Below, piece after piece: positions 1 to 12,560 of a stretch of DNA of 64,000 nt. Source of the DNA: Eledone cirrhosa. Its lineage: Eukaryota. Location: positions 61,504,001 to 61,568,000 of the forward strand of contig OZ024744.1 of the NCBI GenBank assembly GCA_964016885.1, in the 5' to 3' direction. The translations under genes and the position numbers were made by a program. A model generated the notes under the pieces. The model was given only the letters and a program-made list of their open reading frames with translations. It did no database searches and was not told where the DNA came from. Within the stretch, counting starts at the first letter, position 1; every line of letters begins with the position of its first letter.

Positions 1-610
1 CACTATTTTATTTTTCATATATTTATCTATTTTTATTTATATGTGTAAGTTATTGTGAAAATATAGCTCTATAGCTTTAGTTAAGCTATATGCAAAATAA
101 TAATAAATAGTGATTTGTCAAACTGTTGATAATTGCATGACAAACATTTACAAATGTAAGAAGGAGCGATCTTCCCTTAAAGTTCAGGTCTTGTTACTCA
201 CCTCACCGGAAGTACCTTCACTGCGGACCCGTTCAATAACCAGTCTACAGTAAAGTCCCTTCCCTCAACAGTTTGTCTTTACAAGCTCGAGGCAATATTC
301 TACAGCTCAATTACAATTTTGTTTTATTCTTTGAAAAATCCCCCATCCCATCCTTTTCTTCATTATCAGTGATACAATATTATATTCACTGATAACATAT
401 TTATTGCAAATATACAAATAAGGAATTTGTTTGTATTTTTACTTATTTTTAGTTTATAACTATTTCTGTCTGCAAAATTAGTGTCCATTTCATTATTTTA
501 TAGAAACACTAAAAAGTCATAATTATTTTACCTATATAACCTGATACTAACTACAGTGGCAAAGATATACCCACAAAATTACCCATCATATGACAAATTA
601 TGCTCTAGGA

Positions 611-960
611 TCATCATCATCATCATCATCATCATTTAATGTTCACTTTCCCTGCTAGTAAGGGTTGGATGGGTATTCACTGACCGAGTCAGTACAGAAG
701 CAGGTTACTGACCTTGCATCTCACTTATATATATTGTTCCACATTCTACTGATTGCATTTTATGATGGCACCAGCACTAGAGAGGTTGTCATGTCTTTCA
801 CATAACTGAAGGGTCCTCCCAATCCTTTGTTTGGCAAACTTTCTATGGCTGGATGCCTTTCCTATCGCAAACCACTTTACAGCTTGTAATGGGTGCATTT
901 ATTGTGTTTATCACCAACACTAGGGAGATTGTCATGTCAACTGAAAGGTCCTCCCTCCTG
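611..960 (-). mobile_element. 3' part of SINE/RTE-tail non-autonomous retroelement ending in (GAT)n
   Basis: Reverse complement of the recurrent module gtaaagtggttgg..aggaagggcatccagc..cccatccaacccttgctagcagggaaagtggacattaaa(tga)n, also seen at 4783-5183. Confidence 0.75.
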
Positions 961-2325
961 TGTAAAAATGAGAAAACTCATTGCTAGAACAACCTTTAAA
1001 ACAGCTAAATGCTGTCAAAGACATCATTTAGCTGTTTTGACGGCTGTTCTAGCAAGGTGTTTTCTCATTTTATATGTATTCAAATATACTCTCACTTCAT
1101 CTTAATCAGAGACAACATTGTTTATATATATATAAACACCATGAATTTATATTTATTTTACTTATGTAACATAACCTAATGTACACAAAAAGGTAAAAAT
1201 ATACTTCAAAATATACTTCAAAATTTACTTTTCATATGATGGGTAACACCCTAGTAATAAAATACTGCATTTCCAGGCATGGAAGGTGTTCTTTTTCCCA
1301 AAAATAAATGCAGAAAATTTACCCTGCATCTTGGAGGCTGGAGGTTCCATTATTTATTATTAATTTGCCTTTTCAAAATTTAGCAATTCAAAATAGACGT
1401 GTGTCCACAACATTAGAATCTATTTGATGCTGGGTAATAGAAAGAAATAATTTTTATCTCAAAATTCACTTTACACTGCTCTCTAATAACCTACATAACC
1501 TGATGAGTGTATATCTACATAGTACCCAGTCCCACTACAAAGTATTCTTAACTGTACCAAAAATATGACAAAAAAGCTGGCTGCAGCACAACATCAAAAA
1601 ACATATTTTGTGGCTGCCAAGTTTAACAAAGTGAAAATAGTACGTTAAACTGGAAGAAAATGAATAAAATTAAATTCTCAGTTCATAAATTAAAAAAAAA
1701 GGCCAAATCGATATAAGTTTTCTTTTTTTTTAAATTTTAAATGATCTGGTGTGTATAAAGCTAAGATGACAGAAGTGAAAGTCATTGCCACTAAATTTCA
1801 AATTAAAAATTGAAGTTGATCAATATCATTATGATAGTGTTTATAAATCTTACATTGTTGTCAGTTCCATAGTAAAGAAATTCATCACTGAAAAGATATG
1901 TTTTGAAGAAGTGGAAGAAGATCAAATGACACAAACCCTTGTAAGTACCAATCCATAGATTTGAGTACTGCCTAGAATAACTGTGATTGACCCAGAAGTC
2001 AATAAATAACATTCAACTTGGCAAGCAAGAAAGAATGCTTCACCTTGAAACTGAAAATATATCAGGCACTAAAATGGAAAAAAAACGTAATAAAATATTT
2101 TCTTTCAATGAATAACTGAAAACCTTTCTTCAAAAGAAATAATCACTTACAGATTTTCAAAGACTTCTTGTTGAAAATACCATCAAACTTAAAGTGAAGT
2201 AACACAGTATTCCTGTCAAAATGTCTCAGTTCGCAAATGTTTTGAAAATTTGATGAAAGACTTTGAAAACATTCATTGGCTAAATTTAACAAGGTTAGCC
2301 CCAATTAAATTACCTGAAGACTAGT

Positions 2326-2484
2326 GCTGGATTTACCATTGTTCTTAGGTGTGCTTAAGCATAGGGCCCCGTTGGCCAGGGGATGGGACATCTTCCTGCC
2401 AAAAATATTTTTACGATGAACTTTTCAAATGTTTGGAGCTTCTTAACTTAACTAGCACAGGGCCTCATTTGTCCTAAATCCAGC
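2326..2484. mobile_element. Short MITE-like DNA transposon remnant
   Basis: Terminal inverted repeats gctggattta...taaatccagc; ctgaaga occurs just left of the element and again overlapping its right end (possible TSD). Confidence 0.45.
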
Positions 2485-2696
2485 TGAAGATACTGAGACT
2501 AGGTTGGTCAAATTTAAAAAAAATAATTATATAATGTACCAAGTTAAAGAACATTTGAAATTATTAAAAAACCTATAAAACAATATTAAATATTTAAACT
2601 TTATTTCAGTTTAATTTTCAGTTTAAAGACTGTTAATAAATATAAATGTCTTTCTATAGTTTATCAATTTATTATTTTATTTCAATGGTTAAATTT

Positions 2697-2833
2697 ATGG
2701 TGAATTGGTAGAGTTGGTAGAGTGTTGCATGAAATGTTTTGGTATTTGTTTCGGCTCTCTATGCTTTGAGCTCAAATCCTATGAAGGTCTACTTGGTCTT
2801 TCATACTTTTGATGGTTGACAAATAAGGTACCA
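2697..2833 (+). mobile_element. Decayed tRNA-derived SINE (same family as 38489/38725/61167)
   Basis: Degenerate ggattggcag..gagttcaaatccc..ctttcatcc..gtcgataaaataaagtacca pattern. Confidence 0.55.
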
Positions 2834-3173
2834 ATCCAGGGTGGAATTGTTAAAGCAGCAGACAGGATGTTTTATAGTATCTAATCTGACTTTGTGCTTT
2901 CTGATTTCAAATCCCACCTCCTTCTGTCAGGATTTGTAACCAACAAATTGTCTCAACAATGGAAAGAGCAATGGAACCACTATTTCTTTGGTCTGATCTG
3001 TCAATAGACTGTTTTTTTTTGTTTTTTTTTCTTTATTTTTTTCATTCTGTACATCCATAATAAACAGTCAGATGATTGAGAATATAAATTCTTTACTGGA
3101 TTTAGAATTGGTGATTGTTCCTAAACATTAAATTTGTTTACCAACATGTAATTTAACACAATATAGAATATAT

Positions 3174-3431
3174 CTCAGAGATCAGGGAGTCACCCCAGAT
3201 AGAGCCACTACTTCACTGATTTAAAAGATCTCAGTGCTGATACTATGGACATGTGTTTGGAATGTCTAAGGAAAGAATCATTGAACAGATTTTATGAGTA
3301 AAGCCAATTGGCAGGAGACACAGAGGTAAACCATGAGCAAGATGGTTAGATAACATCCATGAGATTGGTTGGTCTCAGCTGGGAATCCAGCCAGATCAAT
3401 TGGAGACAGTTGCTTCTAATAGAACACACTG
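3174..3431 (+). mobile_element. Old LINE (RTE-like) 3' remnant
   Basis: Translates to ..RWLDNIHEIGWSQLGIQPDQLETVASNRTH; homologous copy at 37331-37570 reads ..RGPEQ/ARWLDNIHELGWS.. Confidence 0.55.
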
Positions 3432-4093
3432 ATTTATTATTTCTTTTAGAATTTCTCTGGATCCAGTCCTTTCAAAAGAGTTCATTAGGAAATGATTGCT
3501 TAGTTGTTACAATATAAAAAGCTAGAATAAATACTGCAAGGTATTTTGCCTTATGTTCTAATGATTCTGTCAATCCATCACTTTTATTCCTCAGACTAAA
3601 TATTGAAAAGAAAAAGTCATTTGTTACTAAGTTACTCACTTTTATTTATATTTAAACCTTTTGATAATAAACCACCTGAAACTAATCCTGGTTCTAATAC
3701 ACAAAACTACTAGTTTTAAAGTGTTTATATTTATTTTAAATAAAGCCTTCATCATAATTTTATGTAAGAGCCTTTAATAATAAGTAAGTTAGCTATGTTA
3801 CTAAAAAACCGTTGATTTTTTTTCAAAATTATTTGATAACTAAAAGGACTAGAGCCTGAACACCATGTAAGTTTGTTTCTAGAATTTTGTTTGTAAAAAT
3901 AACCCAGTCATTGTTGACATCTTGACATTAGTGGCTGTTGGCATTTCACCTTTCCTTTCAAAATTGAAATTTATGATTCATATAGATAAACAACACACTC
4001 TACTTGAAAGACTTACAACTGAATGGCATTGTATCATATATAAACGTATACAAGTATATGTTTGCCTGTATATCTATATATATATATATATTT

Positions 4094-4132
<39 letters not shown>

Positions 4133-4168
4133 TTCATTTATTCATTTATATGTCTGTGTGTATATATG

Positions 4169-4213
<45 letters not shown>

Positions 4214-4545
4214 TAACATTAAAATAACAGATTGTTAGTTTCAGAAGATCCCGTTAAGGGTGAAAGCAGCGATTCTTTGCTTAAACTTTAATCTGTTATT
4301 TTAATAAATATTTGCTCTACGCTTCTTATACATTTGATATATATTTATCCTTATCGAGCCCTCTTTGGATTTTAGTCTTCAAATTTATTATTATTACTAT
4401 ATATATATATATATGCAAAAGTTCTATTTAAAATTGTTGGGATACAACAAGTAAATATTTTTATAACTGATATAAAGCACTCGACAAGTATTTGGAGTAG
4501 ATATACGATATTAATAAATGGAAACTATATTTATAAAACCATATT

Positions 4546-4610
4546 TATTGCATTATACATATTTCAGGGATACCAAATTAAATTATGGTATGCCTTCATC
4601 AGACAAAATA
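4546..4610 (-). ncRNA. Minimal type-I hammerhead ribozyme (family A)
   Basis: Minus strand: uauuuugu-CUGAUGA-agg.c.auacca(loop)ugguau.c.ccu-GAAA-uaugua-UA-augcaaua; stem I pairs with one mismatch. Confidence 0.75.
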
Positions 4611-4630
4611 CAATATATTCATATATATAT

Positions 4631-4777
4631 ATATATACTATATATATCTCAACCTCCTTAGCTGGATGCCCTTCTTAACACCAACCACTTTACTGTGCAC
4701 CCAGTACACACAGTAAATTGGTTGGTGTTAAGAAGGGCATCCAGCTAAGGAGGTTGAGATATATATAGTATATATAT
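4631..4777. repeat. Fold-back palindrome of a SINE/RTE-tail fragment (~67-bp arms, ~11-nt loop)
   Basis: tatatctcaacctccttagctggatgccc..tactgtg / cacagta..gggcatccagctaaggaggttgagatata. Confidence 0.85.
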
Positions 4778-4782
4778 CTCAA

Positions 4783-5183
4783 CTGTAAAGTGGTTGGTAT
4801 TAGGAAGGGCATCCAGCTGTAGAAAGCTTGCTAGACAAAGGGTTGTGAGGACCTTTCAGTCATGCCAACCCCCCCCCCCCAGTGTTTGATGACCTACACA
4901 ATAAATGGAGCCAGTACATGCTGTAAAGTGGTTGGTGATAGGAAGGGCATCTAGCCATAGAAATCTTGCCAAACAAAGGCTTGGGAGGCCTCTCAGTTGT
5001 ATCGAAGATATGACAGCCCTTCCTGCACTCTCGGTGGGGCATGAGACTGTACATAAGCAAGACACAGATCCCTGGCCTGCCTGGGAGATCAGTGGCTCTG
5101 ATTCAGTATTGACTTGATGTATGTAGACCCATCCAACCCTTGCTAGCAGGGAAAGTGGACATTAAAAGGATGATGATGGTGGT
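4783..5183 (+). mobile_element. SINE/RTE-tail non-autonomous retroelement 3' part
   Basis: Two tandem gtaaagtggttggt..aggaagggcatc modules followed by the RTE-type tail and (GAT)n. Confidence 0.75.
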
Positions 5184-5409
5184 GAGGATATATCTGCTAT
5201 ACTGTGGTTACAACTTCGATTTATACCCATTAATATTATATATATATACATATATATATTGTATATGTATGGCGGTGCCCCAGCATGGCCTCAGCCGGAT
5301 GGCTGGAACAGGTAAAAGAGTAAAAGAGTAATATCAGGATTTTCCAATATAGATCATGGTAAAGATGAGAGAAGCTATCCAGTTTCCTTGATACAACAGT
5401 AATTCAAAA

Positions 5410-5820
5410 TTGGTTGAGGATTTTATCAACCCATCCTGTCCTCTTAGCAATAGATGCTTATTGAAAAATGTGATTTACCAATGCATGATCTCTACTCAAA
5501 ATGACAGTAAGGTCTACATTGGAGCCACATCTGAAACTTTTGCGTCCAAATATTATATGCACCACCACTCATTTAGTAAAAAAAAGAAACTCAGCACCTC
5601 AACTTTCTTGGCTCGATATATATGGGAATTAAATGAAAATAAGACCACTTACTCCATAAATTGGAAGGTCCTAAAAATTGCCCAATCATACCAGCAGCTG
5701 AATAAGAGGTTTAACTTGTACCTTACAGAGTACCTGTGCATATTGAAATAAAGACATGAAATCCTAAATAGAAAATCTGAGATTCTCTTGATTTGCTCAC
5801 AGAGAAAATCCCACTCCTTT
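5410..5820 (+). pseudogene. Penelope-like element GIY-YIG endonuclease remnant
   Basis: CPLSNRCLLKNVIYQC..VYIGATSETF..HHHSF..STFLARYIWEL..INWKVL..LYLTEY..(stop)..ILNRKSEI matches the Penelope-type GIY-YIG motif layout; in-frame stop. Confidence 0.85.
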
Positions 5821-6163
5821 TATTATATTAGGTATTAAGTGAAAGCAGAACCTATATCTTAGATCCTGGATAGATTTTATTATAATTGATGGCTAAATCC
5901 CTTAAATTCCCTATTTTTAACTCCCCCTCTCTATCCTAATGCATACCTTATTTATTTGAATTGGCTTAGTAAATTGATTTAACCTATGATATGCCAATCT
6001 ATTTTTTCATTTCTATTTGGATTTGAGATTATGGAGTTACTTTCTATTAAGGGTATACCTTGTTCATGATTACTAAGGTGACTACAGTACATATCCTAAG
6101 AGGACATTAAAATGGGGTAGACTGTGTTGCACGTCTATCAAAGGATTTTAAGTATCCCTCTTT

Positions 6164-6256
6164 CTGATATCCATCCTACCCAAATTATGATATCAAATTA
6201 TACTACCCTAGAGGTAGTATAATTTGATATCATAATTTGGGTAGGATGGATATCAG
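6164..6256. repeat. Perfect hairpin (44-bp arms, 5-nt loop) downstream of the Penelope endonuclease
   Basis: ctgatatccatcctacccaaattatgatatcaaattatactacc-ctaga-ggtagtataatttgatatcataatttgggtaggatggatatcag. Confidence 0.9.
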
Positions 6257-7179
6257 GTTCTGGTGTTTTACTTCTAGTGATTCACTACCACCTTATGCAA
6301 TGGAGATAACATCTAACCCTCCCCTGACTAATATAAGCAGGATCTATTAATTCCTAAAAATCCTATTGATCTAACAAGTAGGAGACTGAGCATACTAGCA
6401 CTTGGGATTATGTAATTGTAGGGACACTTAGGCACAAGGGCGATAATTCTGACTGCCTGTTAGTAGTTGTCCTCTATGGACCTTTCAATTGTTATGTTTT
6501 TTATAGAGTGGATGTACATTATAATCTCATCAAGATAAATTAGATCTGGTGTTGTTAGTCATAACTAATACTCATCAACACCACTTCTAGGACCCAATTA
6601 AAGCAACTAAGGGCCTTGTGGTAGATTACATTTTGGACTCAAGACTAGAAAACATTTGCTGCTACCAGCACCTGCTCATTAACAACTTAATGAAATAGAC
6701 CTACACATCAAAGATTCTATGCCAAACTTATGACACTTAAAGAAAAAGAAATTCTTTAACAGTCCGCGACAGCATCAAGGGTACTAATGAAACTTGTTAA
6801 AAAAAATTGAACACAGCCTCTGATGTTGCACAATATGCCTCAAACTATAGGTGACAAATTAGTCAGAATATGAACTTCACAGTGAGCTCCAGCGATTTCT
6901 GGAGTGTTTAGGGCAAAATTGGTCAGTGGGAAAGGTTCAAATGCTGTCGAGGATTGTAAATAACAATTACAATGCTAAATTTTGACAAAAACTTGTTTCA
7001 TAGCTATATTTGAATATATAATTTAAAACATTTTGGAGTTCTGTTGGACAATAGGACCCTAGATTGCAGCCAATTTAGCTCAAATGTAAATCTGGTACTA
7101 ACCAATACTAAGCAGCATCACTAAGAACACCAATACCAACTGATACCTCCAACATTGTTAACAGCAGCATTCTAACCAA

Positions 7180-7439
7180 CAACACCAAAACTGCTAACAT
7201 AACACCACCAATCCCTCCACAACCCTACCACCAACAATAACAACAACACCACCACCTCCACCATCACCACCATACTACCACCACCACCAACAACGACAAC
7301 AACAACAACCACCAGCACTACAACAACAAACACCACCACCACCACCACCACAAACCCCCACCACTACAAACCACCACCACCACCACAAACTACCACCACC
7401 ATAACCAACACCACCACCACCACTACCAATACTACCAGC

Positions 7440-7470
<31 letters not shown>

Positions 7471-7512
7471 CCACCACCACCAATAAGAAGATACCAAAGC
7501 AGCAACCAGCAC
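7180..7512. repeat. (CCA/CAA)n low-complexity tract
   Basis: Imperfect trinucleotide repeats. Confidence 0.9.
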
Positions 7513-7824
7513 CCCATATAATGTTTTACAAGAGTGGGTGGTAAGGTTACAGCGTGTTTCTTGTTGTTGGTGGTGAGTCAGTGATCAGGGTGGTGGTAAT
7601 GGGGGGGGGGATATTAGAGAGGGTGGGGGGTCAAAGCAAAAGCAGTGCCACCAGCAAAGCTATGTCACACATTCCATCTTTTGTTCCAGCCTAAATTAGT
7701 CAGATTTACAACAACAACAACAACAGCAATAAAACAATCGAGTGGTGGTGCAGCGAAACAATGCACACAATACATTAATCGGAAGACATTGGTAAGAATG
7801 AACTTTGTGTGTATATATAATCTT

Positions 7825-7886
<62 letters not shown>

Positions 7887-7967
7887 GCATGGATGTATGT
7901 ATGTAGGTATGTAGGTATGTATGGATGTATGTATGTATGTATGTACGTATGTATGTATGTATGTATG

Positions 7968-8925
7968 TTATCTCTTTCTCTTAATTTCGAGTATATTTTT
8001 GACCGGCCACCTTCCTGGTGGCAAGGTTGTAAAAGAAAAGAAATTGTTATCCCTTGAATCGCAAGAATGTTTTGCAAATTTTGAAGGTGCCAGCTATCGC
8101 AGCCATTTGTAGACTATGAATTAGGGAGTTGCGCTCTTTGTCCGCAAATCCAAGATCAGTCATACTTTGGTCCAAGCGGGTTGGTATATAACCCGTAGCA
8201 CCAATAATGATGGGTATGAAGCTAAAGGTGTATCTTGGATACTGGATTTGTAAACTCTTCATCAATGGTCTGTAGATGTCCTCCTTCTCCTGTATCTTTC
8301 TGACAATGTTTACATCAAGTGGGCAGCTGATCTCCACAACAGAACACGTTTTCAATGTGTGCTCCCAAACAACAATATCAGGCCGCTTGTGCTTTAATTT
8401 GGTGGCAGTTTTTATTTTCAGGTTCCACCAGTATTCCTTAGTGCCATCTGTCTCAATATATTCTTCCTCGTTTGTTGTTAATTTTGTTTTCCGAAGTGCG
8501 TTCCAGATGGTTCTAGCTATCCCATCGTGTCTCATGGGGAGGTAGTAGCGAGATGACATTCTTTCGCAGCTGGCAACAATGTGGCTTACATCTTTGATTA
8601 TTGTTTTACATAGCCTGCATTTATTGTCAGCTGATGGCCCTCCTCTTTTGTGCAGCAGATATTTGGTAGGGAGTTCTTGTTCCTGTATTGCATAGAGATA
8701 TCCCTCAAGGTGTGATGTCATAAACTTGTCGGAACTCCATGCCAGGCTTTTTGAGTGGTTTATCCCCTCTATAGTCTGTGTTTTACGTCTCAAGTATCCA
8801 TGCACAACTTTTTCTGTAAATTGGTCAATTTTTTTTTCATCTTGTTTGAACATTGAATAGGATCTTCCGATTTCTCAGGGCGAGAGATTTATATCAGGCT
8901 TTATTCCATATCTCTCCTCCAGATC
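7968..8925 (-). mobile_element. 5'-truncated R4/Dong-like non-LTR retrotransposon (CCHC + restriction-like endonuclease)
   Basis: 268-aa ORF 8047-8853 with AIQEQEL, CRLC..HIVASC, RHD, RPDIVVW, EISCP, KEDIY and IIIGATG motifs; short 3'UTR; flanked by (TATG)n on both sides. Confidence 0.85.
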
Positions 8926-8977
8926 ATATGTATGTATGTATGTATGTAGGTATGTAGGTATGTATGTATGTATGTGT

Positions 8978-9132
8978 GTATAAATTTTTGGAATGTTTTA
9001 CATATTTTTATTGTTCCATTAATGGATTGTACTTGTAATTTCCTAATTAGTTGTGTTCTTTCTGTTCCTGTGTAGCCCAGCTTTTCAAGATTTGTATTGA
9101 GGCAGTTACTAACATACCCCAGTGCCCCAATA
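8978..9132 (-). mobile_element. Second R4/Dong-like 3' end fragment
   Basis: Minus strand translates IGALGYVSNCLNTNLEKLGYTGTERTQLIRKLQVQSINGTIKICKTFQKF, paralogous to the C-terminus of the 8047-8853 ORF; bounded by (TATG)n. Confidence 0.7.
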
Positions 9133-9189
9133 TGTATGTATGTTCTTCTGGTTTTATAATTTCACAGATTTTTACCAATATGTATGTGT

Positions 9190-9480
9190 GTAAGCAAAGG
9201 CACTGCACAAAGCCAGTCCCACTCTCTTAACCAAGATGATATTTACCAAAAAGAAGAACAAGTCAACATTGCTTTATATCTGGAGATCTCTCTGCACTTG
9301 TCATCACATGGTACCATGGGCCCAGCATTATGTGTCAATAATTGTCACAAGTGTAGTGTTTGTACCAGAGTTTTCAAGTCGCTGGCTGGACTAAAAATCA
9401 CACTCGTTCAGTGCATCAGTAAGGGTTCTCCTACATGGAGAATTAGTGGCCATACTCGAAAACGAGTTGGCAGCCACCAT
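9190..9480 (+). mobile_element. Possible N-terminal zinc-finger fragment of an RLE-type non-LTR element
   Basis: HKCSVCTRVFKSLAGLK(frameshift)H.RS resembles N-terminal C2H2-like fingers of R2-superfamily proteins; flanked by (TATG)n. Confidence 0.4.
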
Positions 9481-9554
9481 GTAGGTATGTATGAATTTAT
9501 GTATGTATGCATGTATGTATGAATGTATGTATGAATGAACATTTCAACTATGAC

Positions 9555-9805
9555 CTGTCACGATAAAAAGTCCCCAGTCCACACTGCAAAGTGGTCATGT
9601 TGGTGACACGACAAAAAGCACCCAGCACTCACTGTAAATGAGGTTTGCATTAGGAAGGGCATCCAGCTGTAGAAACCTAGCCAGAATCAGTTCTTTATGA
9701 GCAAGACACAGTCACCTGACCTGGCATTGCCCACAACAGTAGAACCCGTCTAACCCATGCTAGTGTGGAAAGTGGATGTGAAATGGTGATGATGATGATG
9801 ATGAC
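9555..9805 (+). mobile_element. SINE/RTE-tail element (48-bp units + tail)
   Basis: cacactgcaaagtggtc..aaaaagcacccag units, aggaagggcatccagc, cccatgctag..(gat)n. Confidence 0.8.
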
Positions 9806-9845
9806 CTGATGACCTATACATGCATATATATATATATATATATAT

Positions 9846-11288
9846 AACAACAAATATAGTGAAGAGTTTAGCGTAAAAGTTGGTGTTCATCAGGGCTCTG
9901 TCCTTAGCCCCCTCCTATTTATTATCGCCCTCCAAGCTATAACGGAGGAGTTCAAGACCGGCTGCCCATGGGAACTTCTATACGCAGATGATCTAACGCT
10001 CATAGCCGAATCAATGGCTGAGCTAGAGAAGAAATTCGAAACATGGAAGCATGGCCTAGAATCAAAAGGCCTTAAAGTTAACTTGTCTAAGACTAAAGTT
10101 CTGGTTTGTAGGAAGGAAAATAGGGCACCAGTCCCATCTGGGAAATGGCCATGCTCAGTGTAGGGAAGGAGTATGCAGAAACTCCATTTTATGTCCCAAA
10201 TGCAAAGTATGGGTGCATAAAAGATGTAGTGGGATCACAGGTAAGCTAACTAAGAATATAGATGTTATATGTGGCCAGTGCTCTGGTGCAATAAGTAGCA
10301 GCAAATGCCCACAGAATACTAGCTCATTCCATTGCACAGATGGTTCTATAGAAATAGTGGACACCTTCCGTTACCTGGGTGACAAAATCAGCAGTGGTGG
10401 AGGGTGCTCCAAAAGTACTGTAGCTAGAGTCCGAATGGGATGGAAAAAGTTCAGAGAGCTTATACCACTATTGGCCGCTAAAGGTTTCTCTCTAAAAATA
10501 AAAGGCAGGCTGTATGATGCGATGTTACATGGCAGTGAGACATGGGCCTTGTGTGCAGAGGATCTACGCAGACTGGAGAGGAACAAAGCTTGCATGCTCC
10601 GTTGGATGTGTAATAGTAATATACGCGACGGCAAAGCATAAATGAACTAAGTGAGAAATTAGGAATAAGAGGGATCAGATGCTGTTTACTCGAGAGAAGG
10701 CTACGTTGGTATGGTCACGTGATGCGCATGAAAAATGACAGCTGTATAAAAAGTGCAGGGCGATCAAAATAGACGGTAGCTACAGAGTAGGCAGACCCAG
10801 AAAAACCTGGGTTGACTTGATAAAATCCAACCTCACACACTTACACCTCTCCAAGACAATGCCACTGGACCGAGATCTTTGGTGCTACATAGTAATACAG
10901 AAGACCCGCCTTGCCTAAGTACAAAGCGAAACCTACAGTCAGTAGGCACCTCTTAACCAAAATACACCCCCGTCCCACTAACCCTACCCCACCGCCATCT
11001 ACACCACCCCTTTCGATGTAAAGCTATGTGGGTACCACAACATCCAGTCCTAAATAAATGAGGTCGTGTAGGTGTCACAACAAAAAAACATACAGTCCAC
11101 GCTGTAATGTGGCCGTGTAGGTAACACGGTAAAAACCTCCAAGTCTACACTGTAAACGTGGTTGGTGTTAGGAAGGGCATCCAGCCGTAGAAAACCCGCC
11201 AGATTGTCCTGAGCAAGACAACCAATCTTGCCTCAAGTGGGACAATTCTCCTCCAGACCCATGCTAGCGTGAAAAATGGACGTTAAAC

Positions 11289-11320
<32 letters not shown>

Positions 11321-11322
11321 CG
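9846..11322 (+). mobile_element. 5'-truncated RTE-clade LINE (family A)
   Basis: VHQGSVLSP, LLYADDL, Cys-rich insert, FRYLG, LHGSETW, RLRWYGHV, GRPRKTW; 3'UTR; (GAT)n tail; frameshifted. Confidence 0.9.
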
Positions 11323-11344
11323 ATATATATATATATGTTATGAT

Positions 11345-11661
11345 GCAACACTGACTTTTGTTCCTTCGTCTCATCTTCATACACTTGCTGCAGCAATCCC
11401 AGTGCTTCTGACGAAGTTTTCCCCAACCGTACCAGAAACTTCAAGTTTGTTCATTGCTCTGTGCTCATTGCTTGACGACCTGAAACAGAGGACATGTATA
11501 TAAAATTATGAAGAAAAAAATTTGATCTCTGCAGAGAGCTAAGATTACAGTTACATACTCCAGGGGGATTACTTTGAAGGAGAACATTCTTAGTGTGAAG
11601 TTTGGGTTTGAAATAAATCTTTTGTGACATCAGTCCTGGAACTTTTCTGACACACCTCGTA
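11345..11661 (-). mobile_element. Tc1/mariner transposon 5' fragment
   Basis: TIR-like tacgaggtgtgtcagaaaagttccaggact after TA; minus strand MSTEQ*TNLKFLVRLGKTSSEALGLLQQVYED resembles the mariner transposase N-terminal HTH. Confidence 0.7.
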
Positions 11662-11987
11662 TATATATTCAAACCCATGTAAGCACAGAAAAATGGATGT
11701 AAAATGGTGGTGATGATAATGATGATGATGATGATATATATATATATATATATGAGTTCTTTACATTCATTTAATTTATTAATTTATTGATAATTTATTT
11801 GAGTGACCCGAATCTTCCTGGTCGTTCTTTTTCGGCTGCACGGGTGATTTTAGGCATGATCTCTATGTGTTGGTATTTTAACGATAGTTATAGCTCTGAT
11901 TTATCCAAATTATTTAGCTCTCTGCCACACATGTCGGATGTTGTTTATCGTGATTTCGTAGGCTGATATTCCGATTCTCGATTATTC

Positions 11988-12030
<43 letters not shown>

Positions 12031-12144
12031 TAAAAAATAATGAATAAAACAATGAAACAGTTCCTTATATTAAACAAAAAAAGTTCATTATTTAACGATC
12101 GTTTCTAGGATATATATGTGTTAGAATTGGCATGCATATTTATC

Positions 12145-12182
<38 letters not shown>

Positions 12183-12243
12183 CACATATCAATTGTTCTC
12201 TTAATGGACAAATAATAATTTGTGGTACTAGTTTAAAGATAAT

Positions 12244-12336
12244 TCCTACTGAAGAAAATCTTGAATCCCATTATTGTTTATTTTAACCCTGGTAGTTTGT
12301 GGTTTTTTCATTAAAATTTGAAACAGCTGTATAGGA
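12244..12336 (+). ncRNA. Type-I hammerhead ribozyme with long stem II (family D)
   Basis: uccua-CUGAAGA-(~64 nt)-GAAA-cagcug-UA-uagga; palindromic stem III acagcugu and 5-bp stem I. Confidence 0.6.
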
Positions 12337-12560
12337 TTAATTTAGATATAAGTAATGTAAGTAATATTTTTTTATATTCTGATTGCTTTTCTACCTATCA
12401 TATGTATTACATTATATTATTATTTTGGTTTCTGTAATATTCTTGTATAAGTGAGCTCTGGAATAGGTTTTTTTTAAATATTATTTCCATCTTTTTTATA
12501 ATAAAATTAATTGACAATAAAATTGAGATGTTTTTATTTTGATTTAATTTATATACATAT

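Noticed and set aside
1500-1555. CUGAUGA-gug..cac hammerhead-like start
   Set aside because: No GAAA (reads caaa) and no stem I
7275-7517. Gly-rich ORF
   Set aside because: Antisense translation of a (CCA)n low-complexity tract
11402-11445. CUGACGA..GAAA-cu-UC motif
   Set aside because: Stem II does not pair, and it lies antisense within the mariner coding remnant
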